Positions 19,239 to 29,689 are shown, numbered from the stretch's first letter. The stretch is 64,000 nt of DNA from Deltaproteobacteria bacterium (GCA_019313695.1 JAFDAS010000001.1:530-64529); one strand, 5' to 3'. Notes: generated by a model from the sequence alone, not told the origin. A program made the numbers and translations.

Positions 19239-20477
19239 TTGATAGGCAGAATTATAACAGAGGTGACAAAACAGGAATTTTCCCGGGCCATGCGGTTCGA
19301 GGAAGGAATGGGTGTATCTCTCCCACAGGGGAGCGCAAATCATGGAAGGCTTCTTTATCTCCACATCCCATTCTGTGAAAGTTTGTGTCCATACTGCTCA
19401 TTTAACAGGATTGTGTTCGATAAGGATCTCTGCCGCAGGTATCATGACGCCCTGAGAAAAGAGATAAGACTTTACGGGGATAAAGATTATGATTTCACAG
19501 GCGTGTATGTGGGAGGAGGCACGCCTACGATAATGATGGATGAACTGGAGAAAACCCTGCTGTTGACAGCGGATTGCTTCAACATCAGAGAGATTTCAGT
19601 GGAGACCAATCCGAATCACCTTACTCCGGAAAATGTTGATATCCTGAATCGGATCGGTGTCAACAGGCTTTCGGTGGGGGTGCAAAGCTTTGATGACGGG
19701 CTTTTAAGGGCAATGGGGAGGTATGAGAAATATGGGAGCGGCGCCGCGATTGCCGAAAAGATTGTGGATATGGCGGGGCAGTTTGATACCCTGAATGCCG
19801 ACATGATCTTTAACTTTCCCGCTCAGACCGAAGAAAGCCTGGACAGTGATCTGGACATCCTGATTAATGCCGGTGTGGACCAGGTGACCTATTATCCCCT
19901 GATGGTCTCGGACTCCACACGCAGAAAGGTGGAGGGAACGCTGGGAACGGTTGATTACCGGAAGGAAAGGAAATTCTATCAACTGATTTCCAGAAGACTT
20001 GCCCCGTATTACAGGTTTTCCTCGGCATGGTGCTTTTCCAGAAAAGGGACCATGGTTGATGAGTATATAGTGGATTATGACGAATATGCCGGCCTGGGAA
20101 GCGGATCCATCGGATACCTGGGTGGCAGGTGTTACGCGAACACCTTCGACATACCTCGATATATCGAAACATTAAACAGGGGGGAAATCCCCCTGATGGC
20201 GTCGCGTGATTTTACACCCCCGCAGCAGGCGCGCTATGACTTTCTGATGAAACTGTTTGGCATGGAGCTGGATATCGCCCTACTGAGGGAAAAATATAAT
20301 GGCAGGGGGATTCGATATCTCTGGAGAGACATATTCGCCTTCATGCTGGCCGGAGGTCTTCGATATAACAACGGAGTTCTTTATCTTACAGACCGTGGCA
20401 GGTACTATTGGGTTGTAATGATGCGGGAATTCTTCACCGCGGTCAACAATTTCCGTGACTTCTGCCTGGGCAGATAA
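19239..20477 (+). CDS. Radical SAM protein, HemN/HemW (oxygen-independent coproporphyrinogen oxidase-like) family
   Basis: LYLHIPFCESLCPYCSFN is the CxxxCxxC motif. HemN-like C-terminal domain. The TTG start is uncertain. Confidence 0.8.
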   Translation: MIGRIITEVTKQEFSRAMRFEEGMGVSLPQGSANHGRLLYLHIPFCESLCPYCSFNRIVFDKDLCRRYHDALRKEIRLYGDKDYDFTGVYVGGGTPTIMMDELEKTLLLTADCFNIREISVETNPNHLTPENVDILNRIGVNRLSVGVQSFDDGLLRAMGRYEKYGSGAAIAEKIVDMAGQFDTLNADMIFNFPAQTEESLDSDLDILINAGVDQVTYYPLMVSDSTRRKVEGTLGTVDYRKERKFYQLISRRLAPYYRFSSAWCFSRKGTMVDEYIVDYDEYAGLGSGSIGYLGGRCYANTFDIPRYIETLNRGEIPLMASRDFTPPQQARYDFLMKLFGMELDIALLREKYNGRGIRYLWRDIFAFMLAGGLRYNNGVLYLTDRGRYYWVVMMREFFTAVNNFRDFCLGR

Positions 20478-20525
20478 GGAATGAAGTTGCGAGTTGCAAA
20501 AATGATCTTTGAGGAAAGTGATACT

Positions 20526-21947
20526 ATGGATGACAAGATCAGAGAATTATTGAAAACTCTTCCAAAGATTGATGAAGTGCTCCTTGTTCTTGAAAAGGAC
20601 GATGCGTTTGAAGGCGTCTCAAGGGATATAGTGGTGGAAAAATGTCGTCAGATTGTCGGAGAAATGAGGAAGGACATATTGGGTTCGAAAAAAAGGGGTG
20701 AAAAAGTTTCCGTTCCCTGTTCCGCCGTCAAGGCGGCGCGGGAGGTGCGAAAAAGGCTGCTTGCCCTTCATGACTACAGCCTCCGCCGTGTGGTGAATGC
20801 CACCGGAATCATCCTGCATACCAATCTGGGGAGGGCCCCTCTCTGCGGGGAGGCCCTGAAAAGGATCATTGATGTCAGCGAGGGCTATTCAAATCTTGAG
20901 TTCAACCTTGACAAGGGGAAGCGCGGGATAAGATACGATCATGTGAAGGAGATACTCTGCTGCGTATCGGGGGCGGAAGATGCCATAATCGTCAACAATA
21001 ACGCCGCCGCTGTCCTCCTTGCCCTTAATGCCCTCTCGGAGGGAAAAGAGGCGATTGTTTCGCGGGGAGAACTTATTGAAATAGGGGGTGCCTTCCGTAT
21101 CCCCGAGGTTATGGAAAAGAGCGGCGCCATTCTCAGGGAAGTGGGCACCACCAACCGCACGCACTTTTCTGATTATGAGAATGCGGTGTGCGGTGATACC
21201 GGTTTGATTCTGAAGGTTCATACGAGCAATTTCAAGGTGCTTGGCTTTACGGATGAGATAGGTCTGGATGAGCTGGTGGAGCTTGGCAAAAAGAAAAACA
21301 TTCCGGTGATGAATGATCTGGGGAGCGGGTGCTTTGTGCCGCTGGATAAATATGGCTTTGAAAGAGAACCAACGGTTCAGGAGGTTTTGAAGACGGGGGT
21401 GGATGTGGTGACATTCAGCGGCGACAAGCTCCTCGGTGGGCCGCAGGCCGGGATAATTCTGGGCAAAAAGAGGATCCTGGACAAGATAAAGGAGAATCCC
21501 CTCAATCGCGCCCTGAGGATAGACAAACTTACACTGGCTGCCCTTGAGGCGACGATGATGCATTATCTGGATCTCGACAGGGCGGTGGATGATGTAAGGG
21601 TGTTGCGGTCGCTGACGGAACCGGTTGCCGGGGTCAAAAAAAGGGCGGACGAGCTTTTGTCTATCCTGGAGGGATTATCCCTTAAAGATATGACTTTTTC
21701 TATCGTGGAAGAATATTCCATGGCCGGTGGCGGATCGCTTCCCACGCAGAAGATTCCCACTGTTGTCGTGGCCGTGAGTTCCCACAGCATCTCTCCTAAC
21801 AGACTGGAAAGAGAATTAAGAAAACTGGAAGTTCCCATAATCGCGAGAATATGCGAAGACAAAGTCATCTTCGATCTTAGGACGATAACTGAAGAGGAAT
21901 TTGTGTTCATGAAAGACGGTATGGAACTCATAGCGGGGGTTTCGTGA
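20526..21947 (+). CDS. selA: L-seryl-tRNA(Sec) selenium transferase SelA
   Basis: MDDKIRELLKTLPKIDEVL..., ..NATGIILHTNLGRAPL.., ..FSGDKLLGGPQAGII.. (PLP lysine). Confidence 0.9.
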   Translation: MDDKIRELLKTLPKIDEVLLVLEKDDAFEGVSRDIVVEKCRQIVGEMRKDILGSKKRGEKVSVPCSAVKAAREVRKRLLALHDYSLRRVVNATGIILHTNLGRAPLCGEALKRIIDVSEGYSNLEFNLDKGKRGIRYDHVKEILCCVSGAEDAIIVNNNAAAVLLALNALSEGKEAIVSRGELIEIGGAFRIPEVMEKSGAILREVGTTNRTHFSDYENAVCGDTGLILKVHTSNFKVLGFTDEIGLDELVELGKKKNIPVMNDLGSGCFVPLDKYGFEREPTVQEVLKTGVDVVTFSGDKLLGGPQAGIILGKKRILDKIKENPLNRALRIDKLTLAALEATMMHYLDLDRAVDDVRVLRSLTEPVAGVKKRADELLSILEGLSLKDMTFSIVEEYSMAGGGSLPTQKIPTVVVAVSSHSISPNRLERELRKLEVPIIARICEDKVIFDLRTITEEEFVFMKDGMELIAGVS

Positions 21948-22005
21948 TCTTCAGAATCTTATTTTTTCATTCCTCCGATTCCCCTTCTTTCCGACCGGTT
22001 TCCCG

Positions 22006-23010
22006 ATGAAAAAGAAAATGACATCCACAGATGACAGAGAGTTCAAATTCAGTGTAACTCCCGCCGAGAGAGGAGAGAGGCTTGATATCTTTCTGTCGCG
22101 GAAAGATGTTTTTGTTACGCGATCACAGGTCAAAAGAGCGGTTGAAAAGGGACAGATACTGGTAAATGACATCGAGGTAAAACCGGGACATCGCCTGAAA
22201 AATGGTGATATGATTCTTGTCCATAAAAAAGAGCCGGAAGAGTGTGACATTGCTCCGGAGGAAATACCCCTTGACATCATCTATGAAGACGCGCACATCC
22301 TCGTGGTGAACAAGTCCCACGGTATGGTCGTCCATCCCGCGGCGGGGAATCGCAGAGGCACCCTCGTCAATGCCCTGCTGTTTCATTGTGGGGATCTTTC
22401 CGGCATTGGCGGTGTTAAAAGACCCGGCATAGTGCATCGCCTGGACAAGAACACATCGGGGCTTATGGTGGTGGCGAAATCGGATGAGGCCCACATCGGA
22501 CTGTCGAAACAGTTCAAGGAACATCTCGTCAAAAAAACCTACAGGGTTCTTGTGCATGGCGATATGAAGGAAGAAGAGGGGACAATCGATCTGCCCATAG
22601 GGAGGCATCCTGTGGACAGGAAAAAGATGTCCACCAAGAGCAAAAGGGGAAAGGAATCGCTGACCCGCTGGAGCGTGGAAGAGCGCTACAATGTTATTAC
22701 GCTCCTCTCTGTCCGGATTGAAACGGGCAGGACACATCAGATCAGGGTACACCTGAACGCCATAGGGCATCCTGTTGTCGGGGATGCCGTTTACGGTAAT
22801 TCGAAAAGAACAATAGAAATGATAAGGGATACTGTCCAGCAGGTGGTGCTGAAAAAGATTCGCAGGCAGGCCCTCCATTCAAGCGAACTTTGCTTTACCC
22901 ATCCGATTGCAGGCAATCTTGTGGAATTTTCATCCCCCCTTCCGGATGATATGGCGTGGGTATGCGGGGCACTTCGTGCTTCGGCTCGCAAATATAATGA
23001 TGTATTGTGA
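22006..23010 (+). CDS. rluD: RluA-family 23S rRNA pseudouridine synthase (RluD-like)
   Basis: S4 domain followed by ..HRLDKNTSGLMVVAK.. and ..GRTHQIRVHL... Confidence 0.9.
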   Translation: MKKKMTSTDDREFKFSVTPAERGERLDIFLSRKDVFVTRSQVKRAVEKGQILVNDIEVKPGHRLKNGDMILVHKKEPEECDIAPEEIPLDIIYEDAHILVVNKSHGMVVHPAAGNRRGTLVNALLFHCGDLSGIGGVKRPGIVHRLDKNTSGLMVVAKSDEAHIGLSKQFKEHLVKKTYRVLVHGDMKEEEGTIDLPIGRHPVDRKKMSTKSKRGKESLTRWSVEERYNVITLLSVRIETGRTHQIRVHLNAIGHPVVGDAVYGNSKRTIEMIRDTVQQVVLKKIRRQALHSSELCFTHPIAGNLVEFSSPLPDDMAWVCGALRASARKYNDVL

Positions 23011-23059
23011 TAAACTGCCGCAGAGCAGACTATTGTCCAGACCTGAGAGACAGAGAGAG

Positions 23060-23920
23060 ATGATATCTGAAAACCCGGGCCAGAGATATGGCACGTCGGA
23101 CGCGTTCAGATTTTCCAGGAGAGATGATGTGCGGTATCTGGAATGCCTGGCGCTTGGTGAGTGCGGGTTTATAACCCACGCGTTTTGTACCAGGTGGGGG
23201 GGCATAAGCGAGGGGAGTCTGGCAAATCTCAATTTCGGCGCGCGTTCGGGTGACAGGGAGGAACATCTGTCGCGAAACAGGGAAATACTCTGCTCCGCGT
23301 TTGATATCCAGGAGAAAAACCTTATTACTGTTACTCAGGTTCATGGAGACAGACTCCTGGTTATTGATGAGAAGACGCGGGATTGGCGGTACGGTGGATC
23401 TCTTGAATATGACGGCATTATTTCCGCGATGCCGGGGATGCCTGTCGGTGTAAAAACGGCTGACTGTGTTCCGGTATTTCTTGTCGACCGCGCAAGGCGG
23501 GTGGTCGGGGCGGTGCATGCCGGGTGGAAGGGGACATCCCTGGGGATTACCGCAAAGGCTATCGGTGTTTTCGTGAAAGAGTTTGCCTCCACACCGGCGG
23601 ACATTCTGGCTGTTATAGGTCCCGCCATAGGTCCCTGCTGCTATGAGGTTGATGAGGTCGTTTTTCGCGACTTTGATAAAAAACGAGGAGAATCGTTCTT
23701 TACCAGGTGTGAAAAAGAAGGAAGATGGATGTTTGATCTGCCCGCCGCCAATAGATTCCAGTTGCTTGACGCGGGTGTTCCCCCGGACAATATATTTTCT
23801 GCCGGTATCTGCACATCCTGTAGCAGAGACGCATTTTTCTCACACCGGGGGGAGAAAGGCGACACGGGAAGACAGTTGAGCTTCATAATGCTGCGACAGG
23901 CTGACGCCCGGCAAACGTGA
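23060..23920 (+). CDS. pgeF: Peptidoglycan editing factor PgeF (YfiH/laccase-domain protein)
   Basis: ..TQVHGDRLLVIDE.., ..DCVPVFLVD.., ..HAGWKGT.., ..CTSC..FFSHR are the DUF152 motifs. Start set at 23060; the ATG at 22997 is also possible. Confidence 0.85.
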   Translation: MISENPGQRYGTSDAFRFSRRDDVRYLECLALGECGFITHAFCTRWGGISEGSLANLNFGARSGDREEHLSRNREILCSAFDIQEKNLITVTQVHGDRLLVIDEKTRDWRYGGSLEYDGIISAMPGMPVGVKTADCVPVFLVDRARRVVGAVHAGWKGTSLGITAKAIGVFVKEFASTPADILAVIGPAIGPCCYEVDEVVFRDFDKKRGESFFTRCEKEGRWMFDLPAANRFQLLDAGVPPDNIFSAGICTSCSRDAFFSHRGEKGDTGRQLSFIMLRQADARQT

Positions 23921-24459
23921 AAAAAATCCACGTGAAAAAACTCCTTGACATGTTCGCTTATTTGATATAGACAGACCCCCTGTTAGTAACAGGTTGCGCG
24001 CCAAGACCTTCCTTTCAAAGTATTTCAGGAGACCAGAGTAGCTACCGAGAAGAAAAGAAGATTATAGAATATACCTTGAACTGAATCCCGACTCGTCGGG
24101 GCATTCACCGTTGCTTGCAGCGGGGTTGGCGAGCGAATAAAAAATAGAGGGTTTCCTTAATCCCGTTTATACGGGATTAAGGGGAGCTTCAATACAGAGG
24201 ACTTTTGACGGTTCCAAATCCATTATAAATTCAAAATTTGTTCTGTAACACAATCAACCGGACTCACAATGTTTAAATTTTGAAGAAGTTGACACTTCAA
24301 AGAAATTCTGCTTTGCCTCCAGGGCCCGTTTTTATGATTTCTATAGTTTTAGAGGTGTGACGCGAAGCTTGTCTGAACCGGAGGGAAGGTCTCCGGGCGC
24401 GTCCTCTGAAGAATAAATATTAAAATCTGACGTCAGATCACATAATAAAGGAAAGATAC
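23921..24459 (+). promoter_or_regulatory. Long structured 5' leader/promoter region of rho
   Basis: TTGACA at ~23945 followed by a TATAGA-like -10. Several strong hairpins: ccttaatcccg-tttata-cgggattaagg (24166-24192) and gacgcg..ccggag-ggaaggt-ctccgg..cgcgtc (~24360-24405). Confidence 0.5.
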
Positions 24460-25707
24460 ATGAATATTTCAGAGGTCAAAAGCAAATCCATAAGTGAGCT
24501 TAATGAATTGGCAAAGGGACTTAACATCGCCGGTACGAGTGGGATGAAAAGGCAGGATCTTATCTTCGCAATTCTCCAGTACCAGACAGAGAAAAATGGC
24601 GTCATCACGGGAGAGGGAGTTCTGGAAACACTTCCGGATGGATTCGGATTTCTCAGGTCGGTAGGTTACAACTATTTTCCGGGTCCCGATGATATCTATG
24701 TTTCCCCCTCTCAGATACGCAGATTCGGGATGAGAACAGGGGACACAATATGTGGGGAGGTGCGGCCTCCGAAAGAGGGAGAGAAATATTTTGCCCTTTT
24801 GAAGGTGGAATCCATAAATTTTGAGGCTCCGGAATCGGCCAGGGGTAAGATACTCTTTGATAATTTGACACCACTGTATCCCGAAGAAAAGTTGTTGCTG
24901 GAATCGGACCCGGAGAATTACTCGACAAGGGTTATGGATATTTTTACACCGATAGGCAAAGGGCAGAGGGGGCTTATCGTATCGCCGCCCAGGACTGGGA
25001 AAACGGTCCTTTTGAAAGACATTGCCAACAGTATTACCGCGAATCATAAAGATGTCATCCTGATGGTTCTTCTGATAGATGAACGTCCTGAAGAGGTAAC
25101 GGACATGGAGAGGAGCGTTACCGGTGAAGTTATTTCTTCAACCTTTGATGAGACCGCCACGAGGCATGTCCAGATTGCGGAGATGGTTATCGAAAAGGCC
25201 AAACGCCTGGTAGAGCATAACAGAGATGTTGTTATACTTCTGGACAGTATTACCAGGCTTGCCAGGGCATATAACTCCGTTGTGCCACCCAGCGGGAAGG
25301 TGCTCTCCGGTGGTGTTGATTCCAACGCCCTGCACAAGCCGAAGAGGTTTTTCGGCGCCGCGAGAAATATAGAGGGAGGCGGCAGCCTGACAATAATCTC
25401 TACGGCTCTCATCGATACGGGAAGCCGGATGGATGATGTTATATTTGAAGAGTTCAAGGGAACGGGGAATATGGAGCTGCATCTCGACAGGAGAATTTCC
25501 GATAGAAGGATTTTCCCCGCGTTCGATCTTATCCACTCCGGTACGAGGAAAGAAGAGATGCTGATCCCGAAGGAAAATATGAACAAAATATGGATACTGA
25601 GGCGGCTCCTGCAGGAGATGAACACTGTGGATGCCATGGAATTCATTATCGATAAAATGCGAAAAACAACCACCAACAAAGAATTCTTCGCATTGATGAA
25701 CCAGTAA
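24460..25707 (+). CDS. rho: Transcription termination factor Rho
   Basis: Full-length Rho with the N-terminal RNA-binding domain, P-loop SPPRTGKT and the C-terminal ATPase. Confidence 0.95.
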   Translation: MNISEVKSKSISELNELAKGLNIAGTSGMKRQDLIFAILQYQTEKNGVITGEGVLETLPDGFGFLRSVGYNYFPGPDDIYVSPSQIRRFGMRTGDTICGEVRPPKEGEKYFALLKVESINFEAPESARGKILFDNLTPLYPEEKLLLESDPENYSTRVMDIFTPIGKGQRGLIVSPPRTGKTVLLKDIANSITANHKDVILMVLLIDERPEEVTDMERSVTGEVISSTFDETATRHVQIAEMVIEKAKRLVEHNRDVVILLDSITRLARAYNSVVPPSGKVLSGGVDSNALHKPKRFFGAARNIEGGGSLTIISTALIDTGSRMDDVIFEEFKGTGNMELHLDRRISDRRIFPAFDLIHSGTRKEEMLIPKENMNKIWILRRLLQEMNTVDAMEFIIDKMRKTTTNKEFFALMNQ

Positions 25708-25797
25708 CAGAGAAGTTTGGGAATTATTTTCTTGAAATTCATTCTGATATGGATATAATAGCAACTTTTTAAATATCGAGGGAGGCCGACAGGAATT

Positions 25798-26007
25798 ATG
25801 AAAAAAGATATTCACCCGGAATATGAGGAAGCAAAAATAGCATGTGTCTGCGGGAATGTTATTGAGACAAGATCCACCAGAGGCAATATCAAGGTTGAGA
25901 TATGCTCAAAGTGTCACCCGTTTTTTACTGGAAAACAGAAAATAATGGATACCGCCGGGAGGATCGAGAAGTTCAATCGCAGATATGCCGGCCTTGAAAA
26001 GCAGTAA
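25798..26007 (+). CDS. rpmE: 50S ribosomal protein L31
   Basis: MKKDIHPEY...CVCG...[10 protein letters not shown]. Confidence 0.95.
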   Translation: MKKDIHPEYEEAKIACVCGNVIETRSTRGNIKVEICSKCHPFFTGKQKIMDTAGRIEKFNRRYAGLEKQ

Positions 26008-26200
26008 CAGGTGTAACCGATCAGGCGCAAAGTGGTTTCGTTTCAGCTGACAATCTTTCGCAAGATACTTGTTTCCAGTCCTTCTTTGTGCCTCTGCAAA
26101 CCTGAGCAGTTGCTTTTTATCAGGCATCTTCCGGCCCGTAAGGGCTGTCCGTTTAGAGTCCCCCTCTGAAGAAAACCATCACCAATCCAGGAAGAACAGC

Positions 26201-27271
26201 ATGCTGACAAAGCTTAGGGAAATCGAGAAAAGATATCAAGATCTGGAAGGATTGTTGAGCGATCCTGCTGTAATCAGTAATTATAGTGAGTACCAGAAGT
26301 ATGCCAGAGAACACGCCGGCATTTCTGATATTGTGCAGGCCTACAGGCAATACAGAGATATAGTGTCTCAGATTGAGGACAATAAAGATCTTCTTAAAGA
26401 TGGTGATGCGGAGTTGCGGGAGCTGGTAAAAGAAGAACTCCCTCCGTTGCGGGAAAAGCTGCAAGCCCTGGAAGAAAAACTGAAGATCCTTTTACTTCCG
26501 AAAGACCCCAATGACGAGAGAAATGTCTTTCTGGAAATAAGGGCCGGCACAGGAGGAGATGAAGCGGGACTTTTTGCCGGAGATCTTTTCAGGATGTATA
26601 CCAGGTACGCGGAAAGATGTAACTGGAAAGTGGAGGTTATAAGTTCCAGCTTGTCCGGAGGTGTAGGAGGATTCAAGGAAGTTATACTGCTTGTCGAGGG
26701 AGGTGGCGCATACAGCAGGTTGAAATACGAAAGCGGCGTCCACCGTGTGCAGAGGGTTCCCGTTACCGAGGCGCAGGGGAGAATTCATACATCCGCTGTG
26801 ACGGTTGCGGTTCTTCCTGAAGCAGAAGAAGTGGAAGTGAATATTGACCCGAATGACCTTCGGATAGACGTCTATCGTTCCACGGGCCACGGGGGGCAAA
26901 GCGTCAACACCACAGATTCCGCGGTAAGGATTACCCATCTTCCAACGGGACTTGTGGTAACCTGCCAGGACGAAAAATCGCAACATAAAAACAAGGCGAA
27001 GGCTCTTAACGTGCTCCGGGCCAGGCTTTTTGAGCAGATAAGCGGGGAACAGGACGCCGCGATTTCCGAGACGAGGAAGCAACAGGTGGGGAGCGGAGAC
27101 AGGAGCCAGAGGATACGGACCTACAACTTCCCCCAGGGGCGGATGACAGACCACAGGATCGGGCTTACCATGTATAATCTGGAAAATATCCTTGATGGAG
27201 ATATCAACGCCATTATTGATGCCCTCAGCACCCACTATCAGGCGGAAGCCCTGAAATCTCCCGCTGTGTAA
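26201..27271 (+). CDS. prfA: Peptide chain release factor 1
   Basis: [16 protein letters not shown].., [12 protein letters not shown] (PxT-type motif for RF1) and the GGQ motif HGGQSVN. The upstream 44 codons of the ORF track were rejected. Confidence 0.95.
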   Translation: MLTKLREIEKRYQDLEGLLSDPAVISNYSEYQKYAREHAGISDIVQAYRQYRDIVSQIEDNKDLLKDGDAELRELVKEELPPLREKLQALEEKLKILLLPKDPNDERNVFLEIRAGTGGDEAGLFAGDLFRMYTRYAERCNWKVEVISSSLSGGVGGFKEVILLVEGGGAYSRLKYESGVHRVQRVPVTEAQGRIHTSAVTVAVLPEAEEVEVNIDPNDLRIDVYRSTGHGGQSVNTTDSAVRITHLPTGLVVTCQDEKSQHKNKAKALNVLRARLFEQISGEQDAAISETRKQQVGSGDRSQRIRTYNFPQGRMTDHRIGLTMYNLENILDGDINAIIDALSTHYQAEALKSPAV

Positions 27272-27364
27272 CAGGGCAGATTATACGATTGATAAGTTTT
27301 CCATTTGACTTTTAAACGCTCCCGTTATAAAAGAACACGTGTTTTTTTGAGAGGGAAGTTACAG

Positions 27365-27466
27365 ATGACAGATTTTTCCGCGAAAGGGCTTTTGAATTTA
27401 TCCAGCTTGCTTAGCCTCACTCTTAGCAAGGGTAAATACCTGCGGCCTGTCATCTCTGTGGTATAA
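27365..27466 (+). CDS. Candidate 33-codon mini-ORF (MTDFSAKGLLNLSSLLSLTLSKGKYLRPVISVV)
   Basis: ATG at 27365, 6 nt after gagagggaag. Rich in Leu and Ser. Lies between prfA and a strong terminator. No homology claimed. Confidence 0.25.
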   Translation: MTDFSAKGLLNLSSLLSLTLSKGKYLRPVISVV

Positions 27467-27490
27467 CGAAACAACAGATAAAGATTTGAA

Positions 27491-27526
27491 AGGCCATGGG
27501 CGAAAGTCTCATGGCCTTTTTTTTTG
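27491..27526 (+). terminator. Rho-independent terminator
   Basis: aggccatggg-cgaaagt-ctcatggcct stem followed by nine T. It ends 10 nt before the start of the oxidoreductase operon. Confidence 0.8.
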
Positions 27527-27535
27527 GGAAAGGCA

Positions 27536-28150
27536 ATGGCAATGTACGAAATAATATGGCATGGCAGGGGCGGTCAGGGGGTTGTTCTGGCGGCGCAGAT
27601 TTTAGCGGAGGCGGCTTATATCCAGGGGTTCCGGGGCGTCACATCCGCACCCACTTTCGGGCCGGAGAGGCGAGGCGCTCCCCTCACTGCCTCAACAAGG
27701 ATATCGGACGGGCCGGTCAGGACCTTTTCGCAGATCGCGTCTGCCGACATTGCCGTCATTCTGGACGAATCTCTCCTTGAGACTGCGACCGGCACAGGAA
27801 GGATAAAAAAAAATGGCCTGGTTATTGTCAACACGACCCTGACACCGGAGCAGATCGGAGGCGACGGGAGTTTTTCGGTGGCAACAGTCGACGCCGCCGG
27901 GATAGCAAGGGAACACCATCTCAGCATGAGCGGAGTTCCCGTTGTGAATACCCCCCTTCTTGGAGCACTCTCCATGGCATCGGGCCTTGTCTCTCTTGAA
28001 AATATTGAAAAGGGAATAAGAAAGAAGATGCCGCGGAGCAAGGCAGCTTTCAATTTTCAGGCCATCAGGACGGCTTTTGAAAGAACGCTTTACGTAAAGA
28101 ATAAAAAGCAACCCGAAACTCAGGAGATGAGCGAAGATGGAAAACATTGA
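27536..28150 (+). CDS. 2-oxoacid:ferredoxin oxidoreductase gamma subunit
   Basis: MAMYEIIWHGRGGQGVV.. is a typical PorG/VorG N-terminus. Confidence 0.85.
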   Translation: MAMYEIIWHGRGGQGVVLAAQILAEAAYIQGFRGVTSAPTFGPERRGAPLTASTRISDGPVRTFSQIASADIAVILDESLLETATGTGRIKKNGLVIVNTTLTPEQIGGDGSFSVATVDAAGIAREHHLSMSGVPVVNTPLLGALSMASGLVSLENIEKGIRKKMPRSKAAFNFQAIRTAFERTLYVKNKKQPETQEMSEDGKH

Positions 28151-28430
28151 CACCAATGTATCGGGCGTTTGCACGCCGGCTGTGGGTGAAGCGGGCAGGA
28201 CGGGTGAATGGAGAGAGTTAAGACCCGTGATCGACAGCACGAAATGTATACCGGAGGTCAAGGGCAAACCGGCCTGCTTCCTGTGCTGGCTCTATTGCCC
28301 GGATGGGGTTGTATCCATGACGATACCGGTTGAGATCGACATGGATTACTGCAAGGGATGCGGTGTCTGCGCGGAGGAATGCCCCCCCAACGCGATAAAG
28401 ATGGTAAGAGAGGTGGATGCTGATGAATGA
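28137..28430 (+). CDS. 2-oxoacid:ferredoxin oxidoreductase delta subunit (4Fe-4S ferredoxin)
   Basis: CKGCGVCAEECP plus a second Cys cluster (CFLCWLYCP). Overlaps both neighbouring genes. Confidence 0.85.
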   Translation: MENIDTNVSGVCTPAVGEAGRTGEWRELRPVIDSTKCIPEVKGKPACFLCWLYCPDGVVSMTIPVEIDMDYCKGCGVCAEECPPNAIKMVREVDADE

Positions 28431-29634
28431 TGTCCGTATTATCACGGGGAATGAGGCGGCGGCGCTGGCGGTGAAACTTGCCAAACCCGGTGTCATCGCG
28501 GCCTATCCCATAACACCCCAGACCAGCCTCGCGGAAAAATTGTCCGAATATGTCGAGAAGGGAGAGTTGAAGTCGGAATATGTCAGGGTGGAAAGCGAGC
28601 ATTCTTCTCTGACTGTTTGTATATCGGCATCCACAGTGGGCGCCAGGGTGTTTACAGCGACAAGTTCCAACGGCCTCCTCTATATGCATGAACAGCTGCA
28701 CTGGGCGGCGGGCTCCAGGTTGCCGGTTGTCATGTGCTGCGTCAACAGAGGAGTGGGAGCGCCCTGGTCCATCTTCAATGATCAGCAGGACTCCTTCTCG
28801 CAGAGAGACACGGGATGGATACAGATATACTGCAGAGACAACCAGGAGATTTTAGACACCATCATACAGGCATACCGCATAGCGGAAGAGGTCTATATCC
28901 CGGTAATGGTTTGCTACGACGGGTTTATTCTCTCACACACGATGATGCCCGTGGAGATTCCGGATTCCGGGCTGATAGAGGAATTTCTGCCTCCATACAG
29001 ACCCCATACCATCCTTTCCCCGGATGACCCGAAAACGATCAACCCAGTGTTTTTTCCGACAAGAAGGGAAAACTCGGAAGGCATTCTCTGTGATGGCTAC
29101 ATGGAGATGAGATACAAGCTGCAGGCCGCGTTCGAAAAATCTGGAGAGGTAATCAGGAACGCGAGCAGGGAATGGGCAGAGATAACCGGGCGGGACCATG
29201 GTGGTCTGATCTGGGAATATATGACCGAAGACGCCGAGTTGATACTGACGGGAATGGGCTCCATCGCCACAGAGGCCACACTGGCCGCTGACGCGCTGCG
29301 TGACGAGGGGATCAGGGCCGGTGTTGTAGGAATCAGGGCATACAGACCTTTCCCAAAGGAGGAGGTTGCGCAGGCCTTCAAAAAGGCAACAGCCATCGCG
29401 GTCTTTGAAAAGTGCATAAGCTACGGTTACGAGGGAGGTGTCTGTTCGGACCTGAAGGCCGCCTTTTACGGCACGGACATCAAGGCTCCCATCCACGATT
29501 ACATAGCGGGACTGGGAGGAAGGGACGTCAAAACAGGAGAGATTGTGGACGCGGCAAGGGCTACCCTTGAGACCGTCGGGTCCGGAGATACGGGCAACAA
29601 GACGATATGGCTCAACTGTTACAAGGGGATATAG
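28417..29634 (+). CDS. 2-oxoacid:ferredoxin oxidoreductase alpha subunit
   Basis: ITGNEAAALAVKLAKPGVIAAYPITPQT..., 405 aa. Confidence 0.9.
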   Translation: MLMNDVRIITGNEAAALAVKLAKPGVIAAYPITPQTSLAEKLSEYVEKGELKSEYVRVESEHSSLTVCISASTVGARVFTATSSNGLLYMHEQLHWAAGSRLPVVMCCVNRGVGAPWSIFNDQQDSFSQRDTGWIQIYCRDNQEILDTIIQAYRIAEEVYIPVMVCYDGFILSHTMMPVEIPDSGLIEEFLPPYRPHTILSPDDPKTINPVFFPTRRENSEGILCDGYMEMRYKLQAAFEKSGEVIRNASREWAEITGRDHGGLIWEYMTEDAELILTGMGSIATEATLAADALRDEGIRAGVVGIRAYRPFPKEEVAQAFKKATAIAVFEKCISYGYEGGVCSDLKAAFYGTDIKAPIHDYIAGLGGRDVKTGEIVDAARATLETVGSGDTGNKTIWLNCYKGI

Positions 29635-29689
29635 GCTGAAGACAACGGGTAAGAGGTAACCCGCAACCCGAACATCACAGGACGGAAAA

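Noticed and set aside
22907-23059. N-terminal 51 codons of the pgeF ORF overlapping rluD
   Set aside because: The conserved YfiH domain begins after the Met at 23060. The upstream part overlaps the rluD 3' end in another frame. An ATG at 22997 remains a possible alternative.
26069-26200. N-terminal 44 codons of the prfA ORF
   Set aside because: RF1 proteins start at MLTKL.../M..KL..., and the upstream stretch is Cys/Ser/Leu-rich with no RBS.
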